From the NCBI RefSeq assembly GCF_035594765.1, contig NC_085847.1:5580001-5644000 (forward strand): a DNA stretch of 64,000 nucleotides, read 5' to 3'. The stretch's first letter is position 1, and each line of letters begins with the position of its first letter. The notes under the pieces were generated by a model that saw only the letters and a program-made list of their open reading frames with translations, made no database searches and had not been told where the DNA came from. Made by a program: the position numbers and the translations under genes. This DNA comes from Anolis carolinensis. Lineage: Eukaryota. This document shows positions 61,987 to 64,000 of this stretch, piece by piece.

Positions 61987-63745
61987 ATGAAGGTCAAACG
62001 CTGGACGGTCGGCCTCTTAACGGCTCTCCTTCTGCTCCTCTTCCTTTCCCTCGGCCTCTACTTCGGACTGCGATCCAGAACGGACGGAGCACAGACCAAA
62101 GAAAAACACGTCTACAAGAACGGTGCTGTTGCTACGGATGCTGGCCCATGCTCCGTGATTGGCCGGTCTGTAATTATGCCTATAGATAATGAGATCCAAC
62201 GCATGTCTGTATATTTGTTTGTACTGCCAAGGCTCCTCCGTGGCTCGACGGATTGGGACGGAAACCTTGCAGACGTGTTTGTTGTCCTCTGACTTAAAAT
62301 TACAGGGTTCCTTTGACCCACAAATCCACGCCGTTTGGGGGGGGGGGTGGCCCAAAAACCAACCAAACAGCATGTACGTTTGTGCTTTTGTTTGTTGCAA
62401 GGTGGCTCCAGTGTGGCTTGCTGGATCGAGACCAAATGTGTTTACACGTATTATGTATTCTTCAAATTAAAATACTTGCGAGTTTGGAGGGGGGAACACA
62501 TCAAAGGTGATGGGAAATGGAGATATGTGTGGCTTGGATTGGTTTGTTGGTTTGTACCAAGGTGGCCCCTTTGTGGTTTGCTGGATCAGGAACAAACATT
62601 ATTACAATTATTATTACAATATTTATATCCCGCCCTTCTCACCCAATAGGGGACTCAGGGTGGCTTACAACAAAACACATATAGAAAATTGTACAATGCA
62701 TTGGGAATCAATTAAAAAGTTATTAAATTACATCAGACATTCATAAAAACACTTATAAAATACAGATGGGCATGTTTGAGTCTAAAAGATTGGGTCTGTC
62801 AATTGAGTTCCATGATCACATATATTTTGTATTCTCCAAATTAAACTTCTGGTGGGTTTTAAGGGGGGTAACTCACAGAGGATGATGGGAAAGGGAATCT
62901 AAACATCCAGAGATAATCTTATTTCATCATTTCCTTTAGGGACATTCTCCAAAAAGGAGGGTCCGCCGTCGATGCTGCCATTGCGGCCCTGCTTTGTACG
63001 GGGCTCATGAATCCCCATAGTATGGGCATCGGCGGAGGGGTCATCTTCACCATCTTCACCGCCGACGGTAAGCGGAGGTCATCTGTCACGCTGCTGCGTA
63101 CAAGCGCTCATACGATCCCACACTTATTGTCATTTTTCCATTTGTTTCAGGGAAAGCGGAAGTCATCAACGCCCGAGAAGTGGCCCCCAAAAATGCCTCT
63201 CGGGATATGTTTGGAAATGACACACAATTGTCCCGGAAAGGTAAGACTCGTCACATTAAGATGGTTTCAATGTGAGTCTTTTAAAGTATTTAATTTTTAA
63301 TTTAATATATAAAATTAATATTTTAAATTCAGTTTTTTTAAAAAAAATGTTATTTAAATGTGATTCTTTTTAAAATTTAATTTAATGTTTTTAATCTCGT
63401 ATTTTGAATTGGATTTAATTACTTGTTCCTATTTTTCCTTATTAATTGAAGCTTCCCATTGACGGATAATACTAATCATCCTTATCTATTGAAGACTTTG
63501 AATTTTTATGCAATATTATTTAAATATAATTTTAAAATTCCTATCTTCCCAGGAGGGCTCTCGGTCGCCGTTCCGGGCGAAATCCGTGGTTACGCAGTGG
63601 CACATCAACGTCATGGCAGACTCCCTTGGAAGGAGTTGTTTCTTCCCAGTATCCAACTGGCCAAGGAAGGCTTTCCCATTGGGAAGGGACTGGGAGCCGC
63701 TCTGGCCTCCCGCAAAACTGCCATCGAAAGCAACCCATCGCTCTG
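61987..63745 (+). CDS. GGT1: Gamma-glutamyltransferase 1 (type II membrane anchor); first four coding exons, gene continues beyond the window
   Basis: Exons 61987-62165, 62940-63067, 63151-63240, 63553-63745. Signal anchor, [89 protein letters not shown] (GGT1-like rather than GGT5-like). Confidence 0.88.
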
Positions 63746-64000
63746 GTGAGTCTGCACACGATGTGATCTGGACCTGCCCATTAATATTTGCTTCTCAAAT
63801 TGTCAGATTTTACCATTGATATTAATTGCTTTTGAAACCTATTCCTGTCCTCCATCCTGGACCATTCTAGGATTTTTTTGTTGGGGGGGGGGGGGAATAT
63901 TTTTAAAAATTAATTTTGATTTTTTTGGGGGGAATGCTAATTTTAAGGATTTATTTTGAAAATAAAACAAATCCATTTAAAAAGTAAATTTGAAAATGCT

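Noticed and set aside
61987-63745. Assignment as GGT5
   Set aside because: [14 protein letters not shown] and GFPIGKGL match GGT1 better, and the position directly after SNRPD3 fits GGT1.

Overview
Vertebrate genomic DNA, almost certainly an anole lizard (Anolis): it carries Sauria/ACA SINEs, Anolis-type Mariner MITEs, Helitrons, Penelope and L2 fragments. The window holds a very compact seven-gene block: BCR(+) - SPECC1L(+) - ADORA2A(+) - UPB1(+) - GUCD1(-) - SNRPD3(+) - GGT1(+, runs off the right end). This is the block syntenic with chicken chr15 / human 22q11, which in iguanians is X-linked. I built all exon chains by hand from GT-AG sites, and every complete gene closes in frame (BCR 1250 aa, SPECC1L 1057 aa, ADORA2A 393 aa, UPB1 362 aa, GUCD1 251 aa, SNRPD3 126 aa). 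Exons are very GC-rich; introns are short, AT-rich and full of (ATT)n, minisatellites and TEs. Most notable observations: (1) near-perfect palindromic MITEs sitting at three CpG-island promoters; (2) a Penelope-derived hammerhead-ribozyme core held in the loop of an inverted repeat upstream of and antisense to ADORA2A; (3) apparent loss of the conserved UPB1 N-terminal segment; (4) DRY->DRA in ADORA2A; (5) no LRRC75B between SNRPD3 and GGT1; (6) an inverted intron-to-intron duplication; (7) an RBFOX-motif/hairpin island upstream of a skippable SPECC1L exon. Comparisons with human proteins are from memory and need alignment to confirm. No prokaryote-type system (CRISPR etc.) is present.
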